This document shows positions 37,658 to 46,207 of a DNA stretch of 64,000 nt, piece after piece. This DNA comes from an uncultured Candidatus Saccharibacteria bacterium (GTDB lineage Bacteria > Patescibacteriota > Saccharimonadia > Saccharimonadales > JALRHH01), in the NCBI GenBank assembly GCA_964559915.1, contig CAZLJP010000002.1, forward strand, positions 66,423 to 130,422. Direction: 5' to 3'. Position 1 is the first letter of the stretch. The number at the start of each line of letters is the position of its first letter. The notes beneath the pieces were generated by a model. It saw only the letters and a program-made list of their open reading frames with translations, ran no database searches and had not been told where the DNA came from. The translations under genes were made by a program, and so were the position numbers.

Positions 37658-37686
37658 ATTATAGCAAAAAACTGTGCTCTTGTCAA
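37658..37686 (-). promoter_or_regulatory. Consensus sigma70-type promoter (TTGACA-17-TATAAT) for locus D
   Basis: On the minus strand, TTGACA is at 37686-37681 and TATAAT at 37663-37658. Confidence 0.7.
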
Positions 37687-37708
37687 TATCTACTACCTCT
37701 GTTATACT
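37680..37708 (+). promoter_or_regulatory. der promoter (TTGTCA-17-TATACT), -35 overlapping the divergent locus D -35
   Basis: TTGTCA is at 37680-37685 and TATACT at 37703-37708. The der ATG lies only 7 nt after the -10 box. Confidence 0.6.
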
Positions 37709-37715
37709 AGAGGCA

Positions 37716-39131
37716 ATGAGTAAGAAATTACCAATAGTTGCAATTGTCGGTAGAGCAAACGTCGGCAAGTCCAGCCTGTTCAACGAAATTCTCGGTGAAC
37801 GGGAAGCTATCGTGGCCCGCGAAGCTGGTACCACGCGTGATTCGCTGTGGGCCAGGGCAGAGCACAACGAACAGCAGTTCTGGCTGATAGATACCGCTGG
37901 CATGAAGGACGCTGAAGACGATTTCGAGCTTACAATTCAGGAGCAGATTGGAGAGGCCGCAGACGCTGCAGATGTTATTTGGGTCGTGGTTGAGGCTGAT
38001 ATACCAATCACCGAAGAAGATCGCCGTGTGGCAACTATGGCGCTCAAAACTCGTAAGCCTGTCATGCTGGTGGTCAACAAGGCCGATAAAGCCAAGCGAG
38101 CAAAAACTGAGGACTACCAACGCCTGGGTATCAAACCCATCTTCCTGACCAGTACCACGCAGCACAGTGGTGTAATTGCGCTGCTTGATGAGCTGACAAC
38201 TATCATCCCCAAGGCTTTTGAGCATCAACCAGACAATGTCCTGCGCATTGCGCTGCTGGGCCGGCCAAATGTTGGTAAATCACATCTCTTTAACTCCTTA
38301 GCAAAGAAACAGCAGGCCATCGTCGCAGACCGCGCCGGCACCACTAGGGACGTCAATCGTACGGGCGTACGCTTTGAAAAGCAAGATATCGAGCTACTAG
38401 ACACGGCTGGTATTCGCCGTAGCGGCAAAATAGAGAAGGGCATAGAACAGTTTAGTGTTATCCGTAGCCTCGCAGCCATTGAACAGGCTGATGTCTGTTT
38501 GCTATTGATGGATGTAAATGAGCTAAACACTGGGCTGGACCAAAAAATTGCCGGCATGATTAAAGAAGCAGGCAAAGGCCTCATACTAGTAGTAAGCAAG
38601 TGGGACAGTGCCGAAAAAGACGCCTACACGCGCGATCAGCTGGCTCCGCAGATTCGCGATACCTATGACTTCGTGCCGTGGGCACCACTGATTTTTACCT
38701 CTGCAGTTACCGGCCAAAATGTAACCAAATTATTTGAGCTCGCGCTCGAGATTTATACCAGCCGCCATAAGCACGTCAAGACAACTGACCTAAATCGTTG
38801 GTTGCGTGAAATCGTTGATAAACACCCTCCTGCTGGGCTCAAAAACCGCATGCCTAAGCTCAACTACATCATGCAAGAAGAGGGTGGCGACGCGCCTAAT
38901 TTCAAGATATATGGTTCACACACCAAGCTACTGCACTGGAGCTACAAGCGCTATATGGAACGCGAACTACGCGAGAAATATGGCTTTGAAGGTACCGCAA
39001 TCAAGTTCTGGTTCTTTGAAAAACACGTTACGCACAAACACGGCGTTTCACCCACAAAGACAACCAACTCAGCCTTGCAACGCTACAACGCCAAAAAGCG
39101 CAACTGGAGCAAGCGACAGGAGGAAGTGTAG
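37716..39131 (+). CDS. der: Ribosome-associated GTPase Der (EngA)
   Basis: Two tandem GTPase domains (GRANVGKSSLFN...DTAG...NKAD and GRPNVGKSHLFN...DTAG...SKWD) and a KH-like C-terminus. Start at MSKKLPIVAIVG. Confidence 0.93.
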   Translation: MSKKLPIVAIVGRANVGKSSLFNEILGEREAIVAREAGTTRDSLWARAEHNEQQFWLIDTAGMKDAEDDFELTIQEQIGEAADAADVIWVVVEADIPITEEDRRVATMALKTRKPVMLVVNKADKAKRAKTEDYQRLGIKPIFLTSTTQHSGVIALLDELTTIIPKAFEHQPDNVLRIALLGRPNVGKSHLFNSLAKKQQAIVADRAGTTRDVNRTGVRFEKQDIELLDTAGIRRSGKIEKGIEQFSVIRSLAAIEQADVCLLLMDVNELNTGLDQKIAGMIKEAGKGLILVVSKWDSAEKDAYTRDQLAPQIRDTYDFVPWAPLIFTSAVTGQNVTKLFELALEIYTSRHKHVKTTDLNRWLREIVDKHPPAGLKNRMPKLNYIMQEEGGDAPNFKIYGSHTKLLHWSYKRYMERELREKYGFEGTAIKFWFFEKHVTHKHGVSPTKTTNSALQRYNAKKRNWSKRQEEV

Positions 39132-39763
39132 TGGCACTGTTTCAAAAACGACCAGATGCTTCTTCTTATTTGCCCGTATACAGTCTAGCCCTTACCAGGA
39201 CGCTGCTCATTGTGGGTCTGGGGAATGTTGGCAAAAAGTACGACGGCACACGGCATAATATTGGCTTTGCGGCGCTGGATGAATTGGCGCACAGGCAGAG
39301 TTTTGACCCCTGGATAGAGAAAAAGGACCTTAAATGCCTGTTTACCAGCCAAACGATTGGTGAGAGCCGCGTCATACTTATTAAACCAACTACATTTATG
39401 AATCTCAGCGGCGAAGCCGTCCAAGCCACTATGCATTTCTATAAAATTCCGCTTAACCAAGTATTGGCAGTGCACGACGATCTTGATATTCCATTTGGCC
39501 AGATTCGCACCCGTATAGGCGGTAGTAGCGCAGGGCATAACGGTATCAAATCAATCTCACAGCACCTGGGCGAAGAATACGGCCGTGTACGCATTGGTGT
39601 GGGCGCAGAAACGCCTATGGACACCAGCGACTTTGTGCTCGCCAAGTTTAGTACGGATGAAAAGGCCGAGCAATCGGCTCTACTCAAAGAAACGACCGCC
39701 ATTTTGACGGAATACATCCATGGCGGTCAGTTACTTGCGGAAACCCGCAGCTTCCTTATATAG
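39131..39763 (+). CDS. pth: Peptidyl-tRNA hydrolase
   Basis: LIVGLGNVGKKYDGTRHNIGF, VHDDLDIPFG and GHNGIKS. The GTG start overlapping the der stop is plausible but uncertain. Confidence 0.88.
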   Translation: MALFQKRPDASSYLPVYSLALTRTLLIVGLGNVGKKYDGTRHNIGFAALDELAHRQSFDPWIEKKDLKCLFTSQTIGESRVILIKPTTFMNLSGEAVQATMHFYKIPLNQVLAVHDDLDIPFGQIRTRIGGSSAGHNGIKSISQHLGEEYGRVRIGVGAETPMDTSDFVLAKFSTDEKAEQSALLKETTAILTEYIHGGQLLAETRSFLI

Positions 39764-40064
39764 TTGGCTGTGAAGCCTGTTTCATAATAAGTTCGAGGTG
39801 TTCATCTGGACACAAGTCAAAGACTCTGGTCGCAAAGCCTCCAAGACTAGCTGCTCGAATCTGACTTTTGCGAACTCTACCAATAATCTCTGCGTTATTA
39901 CCCGCAAAGGCAATCTGATGAATACTGATATCAGTTATCTTGCCAGCTACATCACTAAAAGCAACCGCAACATCTAGTGCATCGGCTACTGGTATGGCCT
40001 CGGGAACATCAAATTCTAGTCGTTCCTCTGGGCTAAATATAATTATGTCTTTATCGCGTTGCAT
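39756..40064 (-). CDS. Hypothetical protein (102 aa)
   Basis: ATG 40064 is preceded by GAAAGG. Codon usage is A/T-ending. The track start at 40127 falls inside a terminator hairpin and is rejected. Confidence 0.5.
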   Translation of the reverse strand: MQRDKDIIIFSPEERLEFDVPEAIPVADALDVAVAFSDVAGKITDISIHQIAFAGNNAEIIGRVRKSQIRAASLGGFATRVFDLCPDEHLELIMKQASQPTI

Positions 40065-40100
40065 ACAAGCCTTTCTTGTCATTTCATTATACTCTGAATG

Positions 40101-40143
40101 AAAAGAGCTCACAGAGGGGGTGGGCACCGCTGTGAGCTCTTTT
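40101..40143. terminator. Strong bidirectional terminator hairpin
   Basis: AAAAGAGCTCACAG (40101-40114) pairs perfectly with CTGTGAGCTCTTTT (40130-40143) around a 15-nt loop. Confidence 0.8.
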
Positions 40144-40420
40144 CACCCTTCAACCCACCCGAGCGAAACATCAACGTCCTATAGATTACGGACTTGTGTC
40201 TCTCGCCGAAGCAAGAACCGTCTAGGCTCGCTTTGAATTCGGGAGTTAAAGGGGTTAGTTTGTTTTAGAACGTTTATTCCCGAAGGAGTAAAGCAAGAAA
40301 TAAGTGGAGGGTAACAACTTAAGGCTCGGCGCGCTCTAAAACAATCTAACAATCCACCCAAGGGGTGAAGAGTTAAAATGGGGGTTATAAGGTGCAAAAA
40401 CGCGTATACCACGTTTACAG
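40144..40420 (-). ncRNA. Candidate non-coding RNA or cis-regulatory leader (~320 nt transcript including the terminator)
   Basis: It is bounded by a consensus promoter (40455-40427) and the terminator at 40143-40101. No credible ORF. It contains two C(UUCG)G-type hairpins and an 8-bp helix GTTTTAGA/TCTAAAAC (40262-69 with 40334-41). Confidence 0.4.
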
Positions 40421-40426
40421 GTTGCA

Positions 40427-40455
40427 ATTTTAGCAAATTTGTTGCTTTGTGTCAA
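40427..40455 (-). promoter_or_regulatory. Consensus sigma70-type promoter (TTGACA-17-TAAAAT)
   Basis: On the minus strand, TTGACA is at 40455-40450 and TAAAAT at 40432-40427. Confidence 0.65.
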
Positions 40456-40542
40456 TACTTAAACATACATTTGACTTTATTACTAATTTAAAACATTAGC
40501 GGATTGTTATCTCGGGCGGGGGACTTTACAATAGTTTGTAGT

Positions 40543-41400
40543 ATGAAGATTCAGCGTCTTAGGCCCGGCTCAGACACATTCCCGGGGTTACTCAACACTA
40601 TCGCAGACCCACCGAAGCAGTTGTTCTGCTTGGGCGACCTCTCAAAACTCATGCAGCGACCCAAATTGGCTGTGGTGGGAAGCCGCAAGGTTTCGACTTA
40701 TGGCCGCGCTGTCACGCTCAGGCTTGCCAAAGAAGCAGCCGAGCAGGGAATTGTAATAATTAGCGGCTTAGCGCTGGGTGTTGACGGTATAGCCCACCTG
40801 GCGGCTCTAGAAGCAGGTGGACAGACCATTGCCGTGTTGCCGAGCGGTTTGGACGCAATCTATCCTGCAAGCCACCGACAACTGGCAGAACGCATTCTTA
40901 CCACCTGTGGGGCATTAATTACTGAATATCCGATAGGGAGCGAACCGTATAAGACAAACTTTATTGCCCGTAATCGCTTGATATCAGGGCTGAGTGATGC
41001 TGTGCTCATTACTGAAGCCGCGGCCAAAAGCGGTAGCCTTCATACAGCTCAATTCGGGCTTGAGCAGGGCAGAACAGTCATGGCTGTACCCGGGAATATC
41101 ACCAGTGAGCTATCGGCCGGAACCAACAATCTCATCAAGATGGGCGCTACGCCAGTTACTGAGCTGCGCGACATATTGGCGGCCATGAATCTGACGCAGC
41201 AACAGAGAAAAGAAGCGCCACTTGGTTCGACCAATGAAGAAACCACCATTCTACAGCTCATACACGGCGGGATTAGTGACAGCGCAGAGCTCCATGCGCG
41301 TAGTCAACTATCACCCCAGTTATTCAACCAATCATTATCGATGCTCGAGATACAGGGCAAGGTTAGAGCACTAGGTGCTAGCCATTATGGGCTGACTTAG
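40543..41400 (+). CDS. dprA: DNA-processing protein DprA (Smf)
   Basis: GSRKVSTYGRAVTLRLAKEAAEQGIVIISGLALGVDGIAHLAALEAGGQTIAVLPSGLDAIYPASH. Start at MKIQRLRPG, with TTGTTA-17-TACAAT ending 10 nt upstream. Confidence 0.9.
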   Translation: MKIQRLRPGSDTFPGLLNTIADPPKQLFCLGDLSKLMQRPKLAVVGSRKVSTYGRAVTLRLAKEAAEQGIVIISGLALGVDGIAHLAALEAGGQTIAVLPSGLDAIYPASHRQLAERILTTCGALITEYPIGSEPYKTNFIARNRLISGLSDAVLITEAAAKSGSLHTAQFGLEQGRTVMAVPGNITSELSAGTNNLIKMGATPVTELRDILAAMNLTQQQRKEAPLGSTNEETTILQLIHGGISDSAELHARSQLSPQLFNQSLSMLEIQGKVRALGASHYGLT

Positions 41401-41415
41401 CGCTATACTATCTAT

Positions 41416-41583
41416 ATGGACAGCAAAAAACTCATATATATCGGCATAGCAGTTGGCGGGACACTGGGCGGTTGGCTGGGCAGCCTGTTGGACCACGGCA
41501 ACATATTTGGTGCGTGGGGTATCATAGTGGGCGCTCTGGGTAGCCTTTTAGGTATCTGGCTGGGCTGGCGCCTAGGTCAATAG
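41416..41583 (+). CDS. Small glycine-zipper membrane protein (55 aa)
   Basis: MDSKKLIYIGIAVGGTLGGWLGSLLDHGNIFGAWGIIVGALGSLLGIWLGWRLGQ. Below the ORF-track cutoff. Confidence 0.5.
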   Translation: MDSKKLIYIGIAVGGTLGGWLGSLLDHGNIFGAWGIIVGALGSLLGIWLGWRLGQ

Positions 41584-41646
41584 TTGCACTCAGACACGAT
41601 TGGGTGTTAGTGTAGGACGGTTATTAATGAGGTATACTTAAGCAAT

Positions 41647-43935
41647 ATGGCGAAAAACCTAGTTATTGTGGAGTCTCCGGCAAAGGCCAAGACTATCGAA
41701 AAATACCTCGGCTCCGACTTTACCGTCAAAAGTAGCTTTGGTCATATCCGCGACCTGCCCAAAAAGGGTCTTAATATTGATATTGAGCATGATTTTGCTC
41801 CAACTTACGATATTAGCCTAGATAAAAAGAAGGTTGTTAGCGAGCTCAAAACCGCCGCCAAAGGCGCTACCGTATGGCTCGCAAGCGATGAAGACCGCGA
41901 AGGAGAGGCTATTGCCTGGCACCTGGCACAGGCACTTGGGCTTGATATAGATAAAACCAAGCGTATTGTGTTCCACGAGATTACTAAAACGGCGATTGAA
42001 CATGCCGTCCAGAACCCGCGTACCATCGATAAACATCTCGTAGATGCCCAACAGGCACGCCGTATTTTAGACCGCCTTGTGGGCTACGAACTAAGTCCTG
42101 TACTCTGGAAAAAGGTCCGTCCGGGCTTGAGCGCTGGCCGTGTGCAATCCGTTGCGGTCCGTCTTATCGCAGAGCGCGAACGAGCTATTCGTGATTTTAC
42201 CGCAGAAGCAAAGTATAAAGTTGTTGGACAATTCCTGGCGGGCAAAGAGGGCTTAAGCGCTGAACTCAACACTCGTTTTGAAAGCGCAGATGAGGCCCGT
42301 AAGTTCCTAGAGGCTAATACCACCGCTACTTACGCCATTAGCGCTATTGAACAGTCACCAGCCAGCCGTAACCCAAGCGCGCCGTTCACCACCAGTAGCC
42401 TACAGCAAGAAGCCGCTCGCCGCCTGGGCTATGGCGTAAAACAAACTATGACATTGGCTCAGCGCCTATACGAAGCTGGTCATATCACCTACATGCGTAC
42501 CGATAGTACAACGTTATCTGGCTTTGCTATCAAAGCTGCTGAGGAATATATTCTCAAGGAATTTGGCAAAGACTACCACAAACTACGTCAGTTCAAGACC
42601 AAGAACGATTCCGCGCAGGAAGCTCACGAAGCAATCCGTCCCACTGATTTTAGACAGCTCAGCCAAGGTGCTGATGCTCAACAGATAAAATTATATGAGC
42701 TGATTTGGCGCCGGGCTATTGCCAGCCAGATGGCTCCAGCAGCAATCGATAAAACTGATATCAAAATTCGCATCAGCACTCGGGATGAAGTCTTCAGCGC
42801 CAAGGGCGAAGTACTGCAGTTTGATGGTTTCCTGAAAGTATACGGTGGTGGTAAAGACGACGTTATCCTGCCAGCCGTAACAGTTGGGCAGCCACTCAAT
42901 CGTGACGATATCATTGCAAGTCAGGTGTTTAGCCGGGCGCCAGCTCGCTATTCAGAAGCCAGCCTGGTTAAGGCACTCGAGGAATTAGGAATTGGGCGAC
43001 CTAGCACCTATGCGCCAACAATTAACACCATTCAGGTTCGTGAATATGTCGTTAAATCAGATTTAGAGGGCACCGAACGCCAAGTGCACAGCCTACAGCT
43101 GACCGGTGACGCCATCAGCGAAGATACCAAGACTGAAATTACCGGTGCCGACCGCAACAAACTGCTGCCTACCGCATTGGCCGACGTCACAACAGATTTT
43201 CTCGTCAAACATTTCCCAACGGTGGTAGATTATGATTTTACCGCCCGTGTGGAACAAGATTTTGACCATATTGCCGAAGGCAAGGGCACCTGGGTGGCTA
43301 TGATTAAGGAATTCTATAAAGATTTCCATCCGTTGATTGAAGCATCTGCCGATATTAGCCGCGAAGAAAGCACCCAGACCCGCCAATTGGGCGCCGACCC
43401 CAAGTCTGGCAAGCCAATCATGGCTCGTTATGGCCGGTACGGCCCTATGTTGCAACGCGGCGAGACCGAAAGTGAAGAAAAGCCAGATTTTGCCCCGATG
43501 CCTGACGGCGTACTGCTAGAGAACGTCACATTCGAGCAAGCACTTGAGATGTTCAAGCTACCACGCACGGTAGGCACTACAGAGGACGGCAAAGACATCA
43601 AAGCAAATATTGGCCGCTTTGGTCCGTACATCCAGGTAGACAAGCTATATGTGTCTATCAAGCCACATGACCCTATGAAGATTACCGAGGAAGAAGCCCG
43701 CGAGCTATACGCCAAGAAACTCGAAGTAGAGGCCAATAAGTACATTCAGATTTTTGATAAAAGTGGTATCAAAATCGTAAACGGGCCGTACGGCCCATAT
43801 GTGACCGATGGCAAGAAGAACGCCCGTATTCCTAAGGCAACCGACCCCGTCAAGATGACTGAGGCAGAAGCCAAAGAGCTGATAGACAAAGCTCCAGCCC
43901 GCAAAAAACGCGTTATCCGCCGCAAAAAGTCCTAG
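41647..43935 (+). CDS. topA: DNA topoisomerase I
   Basis: 762 aa. Toprim region LVIVESPAKAKTIEKYLG and DEDREGE. Active-site region ITYMRTDS. The C-terminal repeats carry GRYGPM, GRFGPY and GPYGPY without Cys4 motifs. Lys/Arg tail. Confidence 0.96.
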   Translation: MAKNLVIVESPAKAKTIEKYLGSDFTVKSSFGHIRDLPKKGLNIDIEHDFAPTYDISLDKKKVVSELKTAAKGATVWLASDEDREGEAIAWHLAQALGLDIDKTKRIVFHEITKTAIEHAVQNPRTIDKHLVDAQQARRILDRLVGYELSPVLWKKVRPGLSAGRVQSVAVRLIAERERAIRDFTAEAKYKVVGQFLAGKEGLSAELNTRFESADEARKFLEANTTATYAISAIEQSPASRNPSAPFTTSSLQQEAARRLGYGVKQTMTLAQRLYEAGHITYMRTDSTTLSGFAIKAAEEYILKEFGKDYHKLRQFKTKNDSAQEAHEAIRPTDFRQLSQGADAQQIKLYELIWRRAIASQMAPAAIDKTDIKIRISTRDEVFSAKGEVLQFDGFLKVYGGGKDDVILPAVTVGQPLNRDDIIASQVFSRAPARYSEASLVKALEELGIGRPSTYAPTINTIQVREYVVKSDLEGTERQVHSLQLTGDAISEDTKTEITGADRNKLLPTALADVTTDFLVKHFPTVVDYDFTARVEQDFDHIAEGKGTWVAMIKEFYKDFHPLIEASADISREESTQTRQLGADPKSGKPIMARYGRYGPMLQRGETESEEKPDFAPMPDGVLLENVTFEQALEMFKLPRTVGTTEDGKDIKANIGRFGPYIQVDKLYVSIKPHDPMKITEEEARELYAKKLEVEANKYIQIFDKSGIKIVNGPYGPYVTDGKKNARIPKATDPVKMTEAEAKELIDKAPARKKRVIRRKKS

Positions 43936-43982
43936 TAAACAATCATATTTACTTTTTTATCGTCTAGGCCTAGTATGCGCAT

Positions 43983-44246
43983 ATGACAGGTGAAAGTTCA
44001 CACGATAACCCAGAACAGGCCTCAAATACCGAGAAGCTCAACGCCCTGGCTGGGTTTGTTCTCATTGCGCAACACAATCCCAAGTCACCAGAGAGTAGGA
44101 TACTTGATGAATGGCAATACGAGGCCGCCGGTCTCCGTACCGATGAAGAGCGAAGCAACCATATGCAACAACGCTTTAATGATTGGCTGGCCAGTGATGA
44201 GCAGCTGGTTTCTTTCTACGTCATGGCTCAAGAAGATTTACGTTAA
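43983..44246 (+). CDS. Hypothetical acidic protein (87 aa)
   Basis: The ORF's ATG lies 6 nt after TAGTAT (TTTACT-17-TAGTAT). No family recognised. The overlapping frame 43990..44253 looks less protein-like. Confidence 0.4.
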   Translation: MTGESSHDNPEQASNTEKLNALAGFVLIAQHNPKSPESRILDEWQYEAAGLRTDEERSNHMQQRFNDWLASDEQLVSFYVMAQEDLR

Positions 44247-44442
44247 GCATTAGCACTTAATTTATCCACAGAGTGGCCCTCCGGGCAACTACATTTTGGG
44301 GTAATATTGGCATGCAACTATTGGGCATTAACGTCCACTTAGTGCTACAATATGAGTAATAGGTTGAGGTGGTGTTGACTTTAATAAATTATTGTTTTAA
44401 AATAATAGTAAATTCTGGATTTAACAGATAAGGATTAACGTA

Positions 44443-45486
44443 ATGACCGAAGTGGCCACCCCAGCACTGCCGATAGAAAAAATCGTCACCGACATTCTCG
44501 CAACTATAGATAGAGAGCGCGAGCGCGAGATTGTTTCTAGGCGCTTTGGTTTGTTTGATCGCAAAGAAACCTTAGAACAGATTGGTGAGCTGCTTGGTAT
44601 CACCCGCGAGCGCGTTCGTCAGCTGGAAAAAGCAGTTGTAGCTCGTCTCAAGGCTCAGGCAGGGGAGGGGCAACTACCTCATATTACAGAGGTACAGGCC
44701 GCTTTTGTTACCACTATTACCGACATGGGCAAAATTGCTCGTGTACAGGATTTGGCAGGCAAGTTCACAACAGAGAACAACCGTTTAGACCAGGCCCGTG
44801 TAGCGTTTCTGGCAGCACTGTGCCCAGAGCTATCAGTTATTGATGATAACGACCACTTCCACCACGCTGTTGGTATTACCGTTCACCATGATGAAAAGAA
44901 GATAAAAGACCTCGTCGCTAAGCTTATTGACACTATTAAGCAGCACGGCGAGCCAGCTGACATCAAGACTATTGCTGCTAAGGCTGGGCACGATGATCAC
45001 CTGCACACCCAAGCCCTAGCCAGCACCAGCAAGCACCTCGCGACCCTTAATGACCGTTGGGGACTTATCAAGTGGCCTATGGTCAACCCTAAAAATATTC
45101 GCGACAAGATTTACGTTATTCTGAAGGAACATGGCAAGCACATGCACTTCAACGAGATTTCTGATGCTATCAAGAAAAGTGATTTCAAGCGCAAGGATGT
45201 CACAACCCAGGCTATCCACAACGAACTTATCAAAGACAAGCGCTTTGTATTGATTGGCCGTGGTATCTATGCCCTCAAAGAATGGGGTTATAACAAGGGT
45301 ACCGTCGCTGATATTATCTCTGACGTCCTCAAAAAAGCTGGCGAGCCACTGCACCGCGATGAAATCGTTAAGCGCGTGCTTAAGAGCCGTTATGTCAAAG
45401 AAACGACAATCCTATTGAACCTTCAAGGCAAACAGCAGTTCAAACGCGTTGCTAAAGCCACCTACAGCCTCGCCGACGCTGAATAA
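44443..45486 (+). CDS. Sigma-70 region-4-like HTH protein with HARE-HTH-like C-terminus
   Basis: 347 aa. VSRRFGLFDRKETLEQIGELLGITRERVRQLEKAVVARLK is a region-4-type HTH. The C-terminal IISDVLKKAGEPLHRDEIVKRVLK is a HARE-HTH-like winged helix. Confidence 0.65.
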   Translation: MTEVATPALPIEKIVTDILATIDREREREIVSRRFGLFDRKETLEQIGELLGITRERVRQLEKAVVARLKAQAGEGQLPHITEVQAAFVTTITDMGKIARVQDLAGKFTTENNRLDQARVAFLAALCPELSVIDDNDHFHHAVGITVHHDEKKIKDLVAKLIDTIKQHGEPADIKTIAAKAGHDDHLHTQALASTSKHLATLNDRWGLIKWPMVNPKNIRDKIYVILKEHGKHMHFNEISDAIKKSDFKRKDVTTQAIHNELIKDKRFVLIGRGIYALKEWGYNKGTVADIISDVLKKAGEPLHRDEIVKRVLKSRYVKETTILLNLQGKQQFKRVAKATYSLADAE

Positions 45487-45759
45487 ATGCCAGAAAACAA
45501 TCTAGAACACCATTTCCATGAGGATTCCCGTACAGACGCCCTTACAGAGAGCCTAGCCAGACTCGTAGTCGCAACATGCGCTATTGACGAGGCAGATTCA
45601 GAACAGAAAGAAAAAGCACGCCTCAATCAAAGAGACGCTGCGCTTTCTACGAGAGATGAAGGTGCTACTTGGCAGCAAATCGCCTTTGCGGCTGGCTTGC
45701 AGACCGCCTCAGGAGCTCACAAGCGTTGGGCCAAGTATCTGCCCGATAACGATATCTAG
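45487..45759 (+). CDS. Hypothetical small protein with C-terminal HTH-like segment
   Basis: 90 aa. The start directly abuts the previous stop (TAAATG). ATWQQIAFAAGLQTASGAHKRW resembles a short HTH. Confidence 0.4.
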   Translation: MPENNLEHHFHEDSRTDALTESLARLVVATCAIDEADSEQKEKARLNQRDAALSTRDEGATWQQIAFAAGLQTASGAHKRWAKYLPDNDI

Positions 45760-45906
45760 AGTTGTTTCTATAAGTTATGAACATTTTACGAACATGATTT
45801 ATAGCCGTGTTTTTGATATGTAGTGTAGTAGCTGGCATCACGTATTTGATTGTATGTAGGGCGAGTGGGTGAGCATACAAACACAAAACCAACATGCAGA
45901 AGGATT

Positions 45907-46149
45907 ATGAAAATTCTTACACAGAATACGTGGCGTAGAGCACCCAATCGAGACACAGACATGATGTCGCTCAATGTATATTTTGCGACATCAATATATG
46001 ATTTACAGATGATATCACATACCACTGCTATAGGGGACTATTTGCTTATGTTTAATGATTTTGGTATTTACCTGTGCTCCATGTACTACTATTGTTGTAA
46101 CTATTTGCTACCTATACTACTTATAGCCTATGCCGGGGATGCGTTGTAA
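45907..46149 (+). CDS. Questionable small ORF (80 aa, Tyr/Cys-rich hydrophobic) in an A/T-rich gap
   Basis: ATG after AGAAGGA with short spacing. MKILTQNTWRR...YYYCCNYLLPILLIAYAGDAL. It is followed by a terminator at 46168-46207. Confidence 0.2.
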   Translation: MKILTQNTWRRAPNRDTDMMSLNVYFATSIYDLQMISHTTAIGDYLLMFNDFGIYLCSMYYYCCNYLLPILLIAYAGDAL

Positions 46150-46167
46150 TTTACGACACTACATTAA

Positions 46168-46207
46168 GTTTTCCACAGCCCGACCGTGAAAACTTTTGCT
46201 TTTTTTC
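46168..46207 (+). terminator. Intrinsic terminator
   Basis: GTTTTCCAC-loop-GTGAAAAC is followed by TTTTGCTTTTTTT. Confidence 0.65.

Noticed and set aside
40141-40200. T-box-like features (GGGTGG before a terminator, CCGTAA resembling the F-box).
   Set aside because: The T-box core (GGGUGGNACCGCG) is not present. I could not identify a specifier loop. The downstream gene is not amino-acid related.
40262-40341. GTTTTAGAGC / GTTCTAAAAC strings reminiscent of Cas9 repeat/anti-repeat (tracrRNA-like).
   Set aside because: There is no repeat-spacer array and no cas, IscB or TnpB-like ORF anywhere in the window. The two 8-mers simply form one intramolecular helix.
40179-40436. 85-aa ORF inside the candidate ncRNA/leader.
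   Set aside because: Its start would lie within or upstream of the -10 box (40427-40432), so the predicted transcript would not contain it, and it has no RBS. The product is odd and Cys/Pro/Leu-rich. The region is better explained as RNA.
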